A stretch of DNA of 62,601 nucleotides, counting the filler, from Squatina squatina (Eukaryota), in assembly GCA_031763465.1 (NCBI GenBank). It is 4 parts of 4 records of this genome, joined end to end, with 100 filler letters (N's around TTAATTAATTAA, not from the genome) between each part and the next. Parts side by side here need not be neighbours in the genome. Positions count along the whole stretch, not along the records: positions 30,272 to 50,010 come from JARFOE010000004.1; 3 more parts are not named here. The stretch is one strand, 5' to 3'. Numbering within the stretch: the first letter of the stretch is position 1; each line of letters opens with the position of its first letter. Positions 35,414-46,685 of the stretch are shown one piece after another. The position numbers were made by a program, and so were the translations under genes. The notes under the pieces were generated by a model. That model did no database searches. It was given only the letters and a program-made list of their open reading frames with translations, and was not told where the DNA came from.

Positions 35414-35555
35414 CTGACCAATCATGATGGAGAAGATAAAGACTCCCGTGAAGTAGTTGACAAGTTGAAAGAGAATTTCGAACACTGTCTGCGGATCAGG
35501 CAGCCCTCCGATTGTAATCAGGGTCTTCACGGCCCAGTAGTAGCACCTCATGTAA
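35414..35555 (-). CDS. Cyclic nucleotide-gated channel beta subunit exon (pore helix, TIG filter, S6), CNGB1-like, 142 bp
   Basis: Minus strand ttttttcctctcctgcag|T...CAG|gtacag. [47 protein letters not shown]; [12 protein letters not shown] and NYFTGVF are CNGB1-type. Not in the ORF track. Confidence 0.93.
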
Positions 35556-35624
35556 CTGCAGGAGAGGAAAAAATAGAGTGCATGAAACCTGAGGTTATTT
35601 ATTGTACTAAATCATTTCCCTTGG

Positions 35625-35910
35625 GGATTGAAGAGTGAGGGGTGAACTATTTGAGGTGCTTACGATGATTAAAGGATTTGATATGGCGGACGGATAAAAC
35701 TATTTCCTATGTTGGGGGAGTCCAGAACAAGTGAGCATAATATTAAAATTAGAGCTAGGCCATTCAGAGGTGATATCAGGAAGCATTTCTTCACACGAAG
35801 GGTAGTAGAAATCTTGAACTCTCACCCCCAAAAAGCTGATGAGGCCACATCAATTGAAAATTTCAAACTAAGGTTGATGGATTTTTGTTCGGTAATGGTA
35901 TTAACCAAGG
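35625..35910 (+). mobile_element. CR1 LINE 3' fragment
   Basis: GESRTSEHNIKIRARPFRGDIRKHFFTRRVVEILNSHPQKA. Confidence 0.85.
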
Positions 35911-36555
35911 CCAGAAAATTCTTTGAGAATTTCTAAGAATGTTGATAACATTTCTGTGGTCTCCCACTGTGCTAGAAATGATATAAAAAGAGCATACATT
36001 GGGAAATTCACCAATACCCATTTCCAGGTCAGAGCTTCTGTAGAATATGAGAATTCCAGACACAACAAAAGTAATTGCTACATATGTGATTCTGGAACTG
36101 AGGGGACTTTCTGTTCCTGCTTTCATTGTGAATTACAACTGCCAAAATGTTTTCCATAGAATACGAAATGACAAGCAGTACTGAATGTCACAGAAAACTG
36201 TGATTTCTGCTGTACCACACTGTGCTAATTAACTTCTCACCTTACACTATCTTACAGGCAATTGGTTCTGCTTTCTCCAATTAACTAATTTGCCAGTTAA
36301 AGCACCTGAGTTTTTACATCAGATTCCATAATCTCTATCACTATTAGATAGGCTGTAGGAACTGGAAGTGCAATAACTGATCGGAAGATAGGCCAATCAT
36401 GGAGTAGTTCTACACAGGATCTTTCTGTGACTCTCCAGTTCCGACCTTGTCAGATNNNNNNNNNNNNNNNNNNNNNNNNNNNNNNNNNNNNNNNNNNNNN
36501 NNNNNNNNNNNNNNNNNNNNNNNNNNNNNNNNNNNNNNNNNNNNNNNNNNNNNNN

Positions 36556-36622
36556 GGCCTCAACAGCTTCCTGTGGTAGAGAGTTCCACAGGTTCACCAC
36601 TCTCTGGGTGAAAAAGTTTTTC
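36556..36622 (-). mobile_element. CR1 LINE fragment
   Basis: Minus strand RKNFFTQRVVNLWNSLPQEAVEA. Confidence 0.85.
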
Positions 36623-37369
36623 CTGGTCAACTCCTGATCCAGACCTACAATCAACATTGGTCAAATCATAGAGGGGTTTGTACTGCGGTTTTGTTGGTTT
36701 AATAAACTAACTAGTTTTGGTTGAGCTGAGACCTGTTTGTCATGTATATTTTGTTCCTGTAATTCTTGAGTCAAAGAATCAGTGTAAGGTACGAAAGGAA
36801 CGGAACACCTTACATCAGTTATCTAATTTCAAGAGGAATTAAACTTTACCTATTTTATACAGAGCTGAAAGCACGCCCTTTCCTTTGCAAAAAGCTATAT
36901 TGCAAGCACAACACCAATATTTCTTTTGAAAATCGATGAACACAAATTCATAAAATACTAACACCTATACATTCTCAAAAAGATTTTCTGTTAGCACTGT
37001 CCTCCCTGCTCCTCAAATCTTGTCTACACGCTATGGTAATGAAAGAAGAACATTACGTGTGTTTAGGTATCCTCTGTTTGGGAGTCAGAAGGCTACGAGG
37101 ACAATCATAGAAAAGGGGAAGTCATCAAATGCCTCGGGATCACAAGTACAGAAAGAAGACAAACACCAGCAAGAAATGGAAGATCAGCTGCACTGTGAAG
37201 ACCACATTCAACTTGAAGAAGTCCTTTTAACTGTACAGCAGCGATACTTGAAATTCATTGCCGCCATGAAAAGAACTGAGATATTGTGTGGGAGTTCAAC
37301 AATGTGACTGCTTAGATAGATTTACAAATAATAGATTACACTTATATATCACCTTCAGCATAAAAGTGT

Positions 37370-37570
37370 TGGCCATGGCACGAGTGCATTTGAATCTTTT
37401 GTATCCACCTGAACAGGCAGGCAGGGCCTCAGTTTAACGCCACATCCAAAACATGACATCTCCAACAGTGCAGCACTGGGGTGTCAGCCTAAATTATAGG
37501 CTCCAATCCTGAAACAGGCTTGAATCCAGAGATTCTACGCTCAAGTCAAGAGTACTGCCAACTGAGTTGA
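37370..37570 (-). mobile_element. Degenerate DeuSINE-like SINE
   Basis: atccacctgaacaggcaggcagggcctcagtttaacg...ctccaacagtgcagcact...gtgtcagcct, similar to the 17125-17410 copy. Confidence 0.65.
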
Positions 37571-40026
37571 CAATTCAAAACTTTTAGACTTATGTTTATT
37601 GTCAGTGCAGGTGGAAACATTGGCATTGCTTTGGGTTTGCCATTGCAAGAAAAAAAATCTTTGGCAATTTATTGCTTTCTTAACATGAGGCTTGATTTCA
37701 TATTGNNNNNNNNNNNNNNNNNNNNNNNNNNNNNNNNNNNNNNNNNNNNNNNNNNNNNNNNNNNNNNNNNNNNNNNNNNNNNNNNNNNNNNNNNNNNNNN
37801 NNNNNCCGCGGAGGCACAAAATTTTAGAGCCTAAAGCTTTTGGGTACGGAATTTCATGGGAGGCGCTAAACGGTGATTTAACGCCTTAAGAATGTTTAGC
37901 GCCCCGTTAGTGCCTTAAGTAGGTGTTAACCGGTTTTTCAAAAGTGCCGAATTTCACCCTTTGTATTCAAAGTTAATTACAGAAAGTTCCCTGAAAGTTT
38001 CTCCTGACCTGGAACTGTTCATCTGATTGACAGCTGTAGACTGATGACTATTAACCACACATATTTTGAAACTCTGCAGTCTCCTCTACTTTTGTCCTGA
38101 ACAGAACTTAACAATGTTCACTGTAGGCATCTTTGCATGGAATTTTCTGTCTAATTCTCTCTGCTTTGTTATTTTTCTCCCCTCCTGTAAAAGCCTCCCC
38201 CAAACCTACGTCTTGGCCATGTTTTTGTTCATTTCTTCCAATTGTTGGATTACTGCTCCATGTCCATTTGTGCTCTGTGAAGCATCCCAGGATGTTTGCT
38301 TTGTTAAAGCTACTGTAATAATGCAAATTATTGTTATACTCATTACACATTCTAACAGTTCTAGACAGGAGTGATTGATTAAAAGTTTGAAATTATTTAA
38401 CAGTGAGACACTAAACTCAGCAAGTGTTGGAAGTCAAAATTCCAAAGCTAAGTAAAAAGTTGATTTATGCAATAAGCCACAATTTATTCAAGAAAACAAC
38501 AGAGAAGTACAATTTCTGTAACATTTCCCATTGTAGTGCAATGGAGGAATATTCATTTCTGACACAGTGAGGATGGAACTTCTAATGGATTGAGCTGCAG
38601 TTAGTCTTTCTTTGAAAACTGTTTTGGTACAAATTCCCAAACACAAAAATACAAGCAATTTCACCAGTAAAATTGGCTTTCAGAACTCAGATAAAATCCA
38701 ATGTTTTACTTTATCATGTTAAATCTTTTGGCCTAAAATGTGCTCATTCAATATTTATTGGGTGATTAATTTTAAATGAGTTTGAGTAGATAGCCTGCTT
38801 TCACCTCTGGAGAAATTGGATTATTTCTTGGTCATCTGCAGCTCAGAGACAGCTAATGTATACTGACTGAAGCTGGAATTAGTTGGGAGTATTCTCAATC
38901 TGAAGAGATGGGATGGAATACCTTAATGTAGAATGGGCCTGATTCAACCATTCAGATCGGATAGTTCTAGGATTAGCCTTTTTGCATTGCCATTAACNNN
39001 NNNNNNNNNNNNNNNNNNNNNNNNNNNNNNNNNNNNNNNNNNNNNNNNNNNNNNNNNNNNNNNNNNNNNNNNNNNNNNNNNNNNNNNNNNNNNNNNNATG
39101 AATAAAATACTTCATAAAATCTGTGTGGATAAATATTTCCCAGTGCAGACTTTTCAAACAGTACCTGAAATCTAGATTCTGGTATAACTACTAGTGGTGA
39201 AGCAGTGTAGTCAACAGGTCTGATAAATTAATTTTCTCACAGACACATCTGTTTTCCTAGCAGAATATTCATTTAAAAATAGAAACTGAGTCACAGTACT
39301 GTATAAATCACAACATAAAACTGAAAGCAACAGTCGGAACTGGCAACAAGCGAACAAATTAGGTTTCAACATTGAACTTTATTGCATTGTTTCAGACTGG
39401 TTACTTTTATTTCATGGATGACCTTAGCCGCAAAAATACCATGGAAAATAATATTAGTTTCTAATTGATTTTCAAGGAATTCTTTCAGAATCATCATTTA
39501 ATACTTAAAAGAGATGTTTGATTCTTTGCCTTTAAGCACAAAAGTAAACATATTCATCACCAGCATTGGCACATATTGTGTGTAAAACTATCAAATGGAA
39601 CACGTTAAAATTTATATCCACATAGAATAGGAGTGGAATAATTTGATCTATTTTAGCAATGTGAAACTCAGCACAGTGTTTGATTTATAAGATGTCCAGA
39701 ATGCAATGAAATGTCTTCAACATTGTAATCCTCAGGGAAAACAGGATTATTTTTCTTAGCAACTTAATAGGAAAGAAGATTCGAAGCATTGGTGGGTATC
39801 AGGAGAAGGTCTGTACTCAATGGCTTGTCTTCCACTTCAGCTTGCCATTGCACAAACCAGGGCATGATTTAATAGTAAAGCCTCATAACAGTGATCCCAA
39901 CGTGCAGCAAATGCAACCCTGCATATGGGTTCTTATTGTCTCTTGTAATATTCTTTTACTTGGTGTTCCGCTGGTCTCGCAACAAAGTCACAATGAGACA
40001 CTGGAGAATTTTGGCCAATAAACTGT

Positions 40027-40674
40027 GGGGGTGAAATTCGATTAGGCCCAAAAAAGGGTGTGGGCACCACAGGGCAAGATTTTCTCACGGCTGTTTAGAA
40101 AGTGCAGGCAGTGTGTTAATTTGGTGCTGCCTGCTAATTTCACTGATTTTAGCGCACAGTCCAGTTACTATCGCACTGCTTCAAGCTGTGCACTCAGCAG
40201 GAGGGCTAATGTCACGTCGCTGTAGCAATGCTGCACTTTTTAAAATAAAGCCTGTCAGTTATTAAAGCAGATTTTAGCACTTAAAGGTGAACTGCCATCT
40301 GAGAAATACCCAATAAAAATCATACAAACCTAGCCCTTAAGATGAACTGCCTGCTGCAAAAAATTAAAAATCATTCCAAACTAAGCAGCCTGCAGCTCTT
40401 AAAGTTGAACTGCCTTCTGCACGTAGAAACTGCTAAAAGTGCTTCAGCACTCAGACAAATAGCTCAACAGGCTAGGGAAAAGGCACCCAGGGTCCTTCCT
40501 TCAATGCTCCAGCTTTGTGCAGTGGGTCAACACTGGCAGAGAGGTCCTCTACCCACAGTGGGCCAATAGGCCCTCCAGAAAGAATGATGTGGGACCAGAT
40601 TGCCGAGGCTGTCAGTGTCCCCAGGATCTGGCTCTAGTGCCCGAAGAAGTTTCCTGACCTCAGACCAGTGGTCA
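40027..40674 (+). mobile_element. Harbinger/PIF transposon remnant: terminal repeat and degenerate Myb/SANT-like ORF
   Basis: Starts ggggtgaaattcg. About 40470-40674 reads REKAPR...REVLYPQ...WDQIAEAVSVPRIWL*CPKKFPDLRPVV, the trihelix W..IA..V....RT..QC.KKF.DL pattern, with a stop and frameshifts. Confidence 0.75.
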
Positions 40675-43600
40675 NNNNNNNNNNNNNNNNNNNNNNNNNN
40701 NNNNNNNNNNNNNNNNNNNNNNNNNNNNNNNNNNNNNNNNNNNNNNNNNNNNNNNNNNNNNNNNNNNNNNNNNNGCAGCGGGTGATCAGAACAATGCAGT
40801 TCATCCTGCCTGCGGCCCACCGCACCCGACCCGACTCGGTAAGGAAAATTCCGGCCTACGTATGCCCCAGTATGAACGCTGAAAGCATGGATCAGGAATA
40901 TGGAAATATATCAAAAATATGTTAAACCTGCTGCTAATGCAAATCTTAATTTCAAGTTAGCTGAAAGCAAGTGTCACTCTACCTTAATTTGGCTTAGCTC
41001 CAAAGTGTCACTGTGCCATTTAGCGACAGCTCAGAGCAGACTATTTTCTAATGAGCTGTTAAATGAATTGAAAAATCGTGTAGACTAGTGCAATTAGCTA
41101 CACAGTATTGACAGTGTTATGCTTTGAGTTCATGCGTTTCTTCTGGTATTTTGGATGCAGATTTGCCAATATGAATGAACTGCTGAATGATGTAATTTTA
41201 CAGAATAGTCAATAGTCTGGAACCAACATCTAATAAATTTGAAAAATGTTCAACACATCCTCATGCACACTTGCTTGTATGCCTCCTGCTACTCATACTA
41301 TATTCTTGAATTTACTTATCTCATGTTTCCTTGTGATGAAGCATTTAATGTACTCTTTCAATCATGTGTAGGTTGCTAGTGTGCTTCAAGTGCACTTGAA
41401 TGTTTTTCACAAATTTGCTTCATATGCATAGAAATGAACATTGTGGCTTGTGCAATAGCAAAATCCAGTCGTCAATATTTTACTGAGCCACTACTGCTAC
41501 ATTGTGTGGATCTGCTTCTCTTTAGAAGCAAGAATAACATTGATATTAAAAATTTGATTGACAGTTCTTTGTTGCAATCAGAATTGCACAAGATTTGCCA
41601 CCCAAATGTAGAGCAGTTCAAAGGAAGATTTTTTAGGGTGACACTTTCAGCTTCTTGTTTTTTCAGTACTAATCTGAGGGGCAGCCACAATTCCACGTCA
41701 ATTTCTGAGTCCTGGTTCTTCAATAGTCTTTTGTGCGTCTCTCTAATGACCTACCTGACTCTGCTCGAGTAGTTACTTTGACCTTCTCTCCTAAAGATCA
41801 CTGTCCAACCGTTGCTTCTTTTTTTGTGTCAATATGTTTTTCTCTTACTCTTCTTTCTGAATTTCTGTTCTTTTTCCATTTTCTTTCTTTCTCCCTTAAC
41901 TTTCCCGTTGCCCTTCTGTCACTTTTCATTTTCTCTTACTCGCCTAATTTTCTTTCTTTCCTCCAATCTCAATGCAAATTAATAATATCTGGAGGTAAAA
42001 AAAAAATTGTGAAGGGTGCATATCTGAGATAAAACAGAAAGTGCTGCAATTGCACATCTGATCGATCAGCATCTGAATGAGGAGCTCGGATAAAGTTTCA
42101 GGTTTCTCTCTTAGAACAAATACCGCAAGACTGGAGAAGGCATTTTTATAGCACGTGGTTCTTAATGTGCAAATCGGCCAGCAACTTGTGGCAAGGAAGA
42201 GATAGACCGTGATTTGCGAACCACCACAAGTTGCTGGCCAATTTGTACTGCCCCTCCGTTGGCTCCGCAAGATCGGCATCTTGCACGTAACTTCGCTGTG
42301 ATTTTTATGAAGGTTCTGCATTTGCACATCAATTACCCATTAAACGCGCCACAGAAAGTTAAGTCTAGTAACTACCAATACCCGTTTTACAACGTGTTAA
42401 GTGTTAGTGACTGCCAATTAACCTCTCTTGCACAGAAAGTGAACAATTCCTTCAGATTCTCATTCCTTCAGATAGTGAATTGTTGGAGATTTTTTAAAAT
42501 GTTATGGCCGCGAAATTGGATGTCCCTGAGTTACTAGCATTAATNNNNNNNNNNNNNNNNNNNNNNNNNNNNNNNNNNNNNNNNNNNNNNNNNNNNNNNN
42601 NNNNNNNNNNNNNNNNNNNNNNNNNNNNNNNNNNNNNNNNNNNNAATGGGTTGAGTGGGTCAGTTGGATGAAAACCGGGCAGGCCCTACAATGGATGGAC
42701 AATCCATTTGTCCAGGGGATGAAGGTGAAAATTACCCTCAATGTTTTTAGTTGAATTTTGAGCTGTTGTTAAACAGGGGGTGGGGTGGTGTCTTTTTAAG
42801 TGAACAGATGAAATTCAGTACAGCTAAGTACAAGACCTTCCACATTGGAAGAAAGAAAATGGGAGGCACACTTACTCAGTGAATGTTTATGAACCAGCTA
42901 TTTGCCTCTAAGTAGATAGGCTTCAAATGTTTTTGAAGTATATGTACATCAATTTACTCATACTGATTCAAACAACCATGATTAATAAGCAAATTAGAGC
43001 CTTCAGAAAATAAATGTTGTGTTAATGGCTTTAGTAAGGTTGAGCACTATATAACAGAGTAGGGGACATTTAAATACTGAAAATGGTCTCAAATTGAATG
43101 GGCTCTGGACATATCGGCGTAGCAATGTTCAAACCGAAAATCCCAGGTGCAGCAAGTGGATACTTAAAGATCTTAATTGTTTAATGTTTGCAGCAGTAAT
43201 ACATTTTTAACAACTGGAAGTTTGAACCCAATCTTGGAGCAATAAATCACTCTGCTGCCAAACCAGTTAGACCATTATTTTTTAAGTCTAAGTGACAGTG
43301 GTGTGAAAACTGGCTTAAATGCAAAAGAATTGCAAGTGCCATTGATTTTAATGAGGGTGGCACTATGATAATTACCTTCTGACTGCTTTGGCCGAGGGCA
43401 ATGCTGGAGTGGCGTAAAAGTCACAGGAAAATATCTGGTCACAGAATTAATGGTGTAAATCACTTACTCCAGAATTTTCTCTTCCTTATGTACCGTTTAG
43501 AGGTCCCTACAACAATGGCACAAGGCCCCAGGAAAATCGGGGCCATTAATTCAATTGCTATGATCACTATTGTTCCCCTCCCAGATTCCTACTAACCAGA

Positions 43601-44836
43601 ACCAAAAGCAGAACAAATTAATTAAATGAGATCTGGTAGCAAGTAAGATTAGTGCAAAATGGATAAATGAGGTGCTTATCAATTATTTATTTAGCTTCTT
43701 ATAGTAACATCCCGGAAGGAAAACCACTGATAGAAGCAATACATTTTTAAGCCAGCTTATAAAAACTAATGGTTTCAGGAACCATGAAAAGAGGGTTGGT
43801 ATCATAAAAGAAAATTGAATTGAGTGAAACTAATATTATACAGTAAACAGTCAATATGATCTAATTAATAATAGTACTTAATTTGAATTAGCACAATGTA
43901 TATAAGGGAATGCAAATGATTTNNNNNNNNNNNNNNNNNNNNNNNNNNNNNNNNNNNNNNNNNNNNNNNNNNNNNNNNNNNNNNNNNNNNNNNNNNNNNN
44001 NNNNNNNNNNNNNNNNNNNNNNAGGGAAGCAGAAAAATAAGAGTGGGAGAGAAGCTGGGAGATAATTACCCAATTTTTAATTTAATTTTTGCCTGTGAGG
44101 AATGCCACAAGAGATCAACCAGCTTATAAAATAAATGCAGAGAAACTGATCTGCATTAAAGTAAGCACCGTGTGGAAATAAAACAGTATTGCCCAGAAGA
44201 CTGTAGAGTGAATAACATTGTGTTAAAAAGAAGTCTACTGCACTCATATTGTTAACATAAACCAGTTTGCCAATCTCTGTGGGCTCCTTACAAATTTTAT
44301 TGGATTATGCTAAAATATTGATAATAAAAACCTTTAATTAGAACGATTTAGCTGGTCCAGGAAGAATATTAATATTAATAATTTTGGAGGATGTAACCTA
44401 GATGTAAGGATTCTATTTTAATTGTTTTATGATAATGTTAAACTCTTCACCTCAGCGAATATATTCCAAATTGTACTAGTACAAATTGAGTCACCAGAAA
44501 GAAAATTACAGTAAAAACAGAGAGCAGAGGTCAACAATAAAATGTTAACACGATAGATGCTCATTGAAAGCTAGTAACAATGATTAACTCTTAGGGTGGC
44601 CAATTCGTGGTAAAACTTCTAGCGAGAAATCGGCGCAAAACTGGCGTTAAGCCACTTTTGGCGCTAAAACACGGGTGCAAAATTCGGGTCCCGTTTGTGC
44701 CGGCGCAAACTGGGCACAAAGCCCATATCGATTGAGNNNNNNNNNNNNNNNNNNNNNNNNNNNNNNNNNNNNNNNNNNNNNNNNNNNNNNNNNNNNNNNN
44801 NNNNNNNNNNNNNNNNNNNNNNNNNNNNNNNNNNNN

Positions 44837-45036
44837 GTGGATATATACCCCTTCCTAATCTAGGGGGTGACTCTAATGGATAAAAACCCTTCCCTAGTCT
44901 AGGGGGTGCCTAGTGGATATATACTCCTCCCTAGTCTAGGGGGTGTCTAGTGGATATATACCCCTCCGTAGCCTGGGTGGGTGACTAGTGGATATATACC
45001 CCTCCCTAGTCTAGGGGGTGACTCTAGTGGATATAT
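44837..45036. repeat. 37-39 bp minisatellite with internal palindrome, 5 full copies plus a partial
   Basis: Consensus gtggatatatacccctccctagtctagggggtg(ac)tcta; units start at 44837, 44876, 44913, 44950, 44988 and 45027. Confidence 0.95.
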
Positions 45037-46514
45037 CGCTCTACCTTGGGGGATGCTGAGGTTGATTGCGCAACAAATGTACCATTTGATGTTTTACTAA
45101 GTGATATAAACAAGCATTTCCATCAGATAGGGCTGCTCTTCTGAGTTTTGCATCTGACCTGCACCTGATCTGGAGCTCTGGGCATTGATGGTTGCCCAGA
45201 GCATTGCATTCCCCAGCACTTTCACAATACAGCACACTGGCCCTGGGCTATCATGGAAACAGTGTAAATGGCTGACTTGCTATTACCCCGTTACCAGGGT
45301 TCCACCTCTCTCCCACCAACATTCCTGGGGGTTATCCAATCTCCCAAAGAACTACAGCCTTACAATCTACTTCTGACATCCACTTGTTTTTGTGCTTAAA
45401 ACAAAAGCAAATTATCTAATAATTTGAATTAACCAATGTAAATAGCACAGTAAGGTGGGAACTTCGTAAAATAAAATGAATTCAGAGATTATCAGAATTA
45501 AGCAACTTTGAATTAAAAGGATGTAAATGTAAATTGTAACATTGGCTGTTCAGAAGGGGAGACAACAATTTTTTTTAAATCAGCAACAAACTAATACAGA
45601 TCTTGGTATTTTTTTTCTTCTGAATGCAACGCTTGTATTTAAAAGGATTAAAGTTCATGATTTTGTGTTGACTCTGGCCATGAGTCAAGCTTAAAAATTA
45701 ACCAACCATTTCAGTCTCATTCCAGAGCTGTGCATTCACAAGATGGGCGCCCATGATTAACATTCACCCACCACAGTGAGTGACAGTGCTAATTATGTCT
45801 AATTACTAGATAAACAAATACTCTAGGGAACACTCACACATGTCTCATCATCTTACCAGCTGCCAAATAGCAGGGAGTAAAACTAAATTCAAACTTATCC
45901 TTCTTGTGATATTTTATCTTCCACCGACACCCTCCCCCCAGTCACCAGTCTACACATCACAGCCATGGCACACATGCCCATTTTTAAAGAGAGGAGCATG
46001 CCTAAGATTGTGCAGCATATCGAGCATCCCAGTGCTTAAATTCAACCCCGCCACTGTGAGATGACGACCTGGGGTGAGTTTCTGGCTCAACTCCTACCAA
46101 TCACTTACAGCAGCAGAGACCTGGGAACAAGTCATCTTCCTGGCCACGACCAGCAGCAAGGCTGTTGTGTAAGAAGCGCGCTTCTGACAATGTGACCGGA
46201 ATGTTTGGCTTTCAAGCCACTTTCGATAACACCTATAACTCTTTATATATATTGGCCCCATTTTAATTTGGAAAGCAACATCCCTGAGCTAAGTCCTAAT
46301 GTTTATACTGCTAAATCTGACTCCTTTAACTGACACCTCCTACAACGCCCGCCCCTACCCCAGCAACAGACTCAAGACGATATATTGCCCCTAATTGTTT
46401 TCCGTGCGCAGTCCCTTTAAATTTGCTGCGCGGTATCTTCCAATGGCCACAGCTTGTGAGTGGCCTACGTGAGATCTGATTGATGCACGGCCGCACCCAC
46501 ACACCTTAGGCGGT

Positions 46515-46685
46515 ACATTGGTTGTAGGGCTAGAGTTGGTTACAGAGATGGGGAGGACAGAGAAAATGGAGGGATTTGAAAACAAGGATGATAATTTTAA
46601 AATCGAGGCATTGCAGGACCGGGAACCAATGTAGGTCAGCGAGCACAGGTGTGTTGAGTGAACGGGACTTGGTGCGAGCCAGGAT
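46515..46685 (-). mobile_element. L2 LINE ORF2 C-terminal fragment
   Basis: Minus strand ILARTKSRSLNTPVLADLHWFPVLQCLDFKIIILVFKSLH (L2 ITPVL..LHWLPV..RI.FKI motif). Confidence 0.88.

Noticed and set aside
41434-42032. Overlapping ORFs where EME1 might be expected next to LRRC59
   Set aside because: No EME1 motifs that I recognise; low-complexity pyrimidine-rich sequence without coherent splice sites.
44837-45036. CRISPR-like array (palindromic repeats of about 37 bp)
   Set aside because: Units abut directly with no unique spacers, there are no cas genes, and the context is vertebrate.
46110-46235. Minus-strand segment with a GTAAGT donor (CYRKWLESQTFRSHCQKRASY...)
   Set aside because: Acceptor lacks a pyrimidine tract and the peptide is not recognisable.
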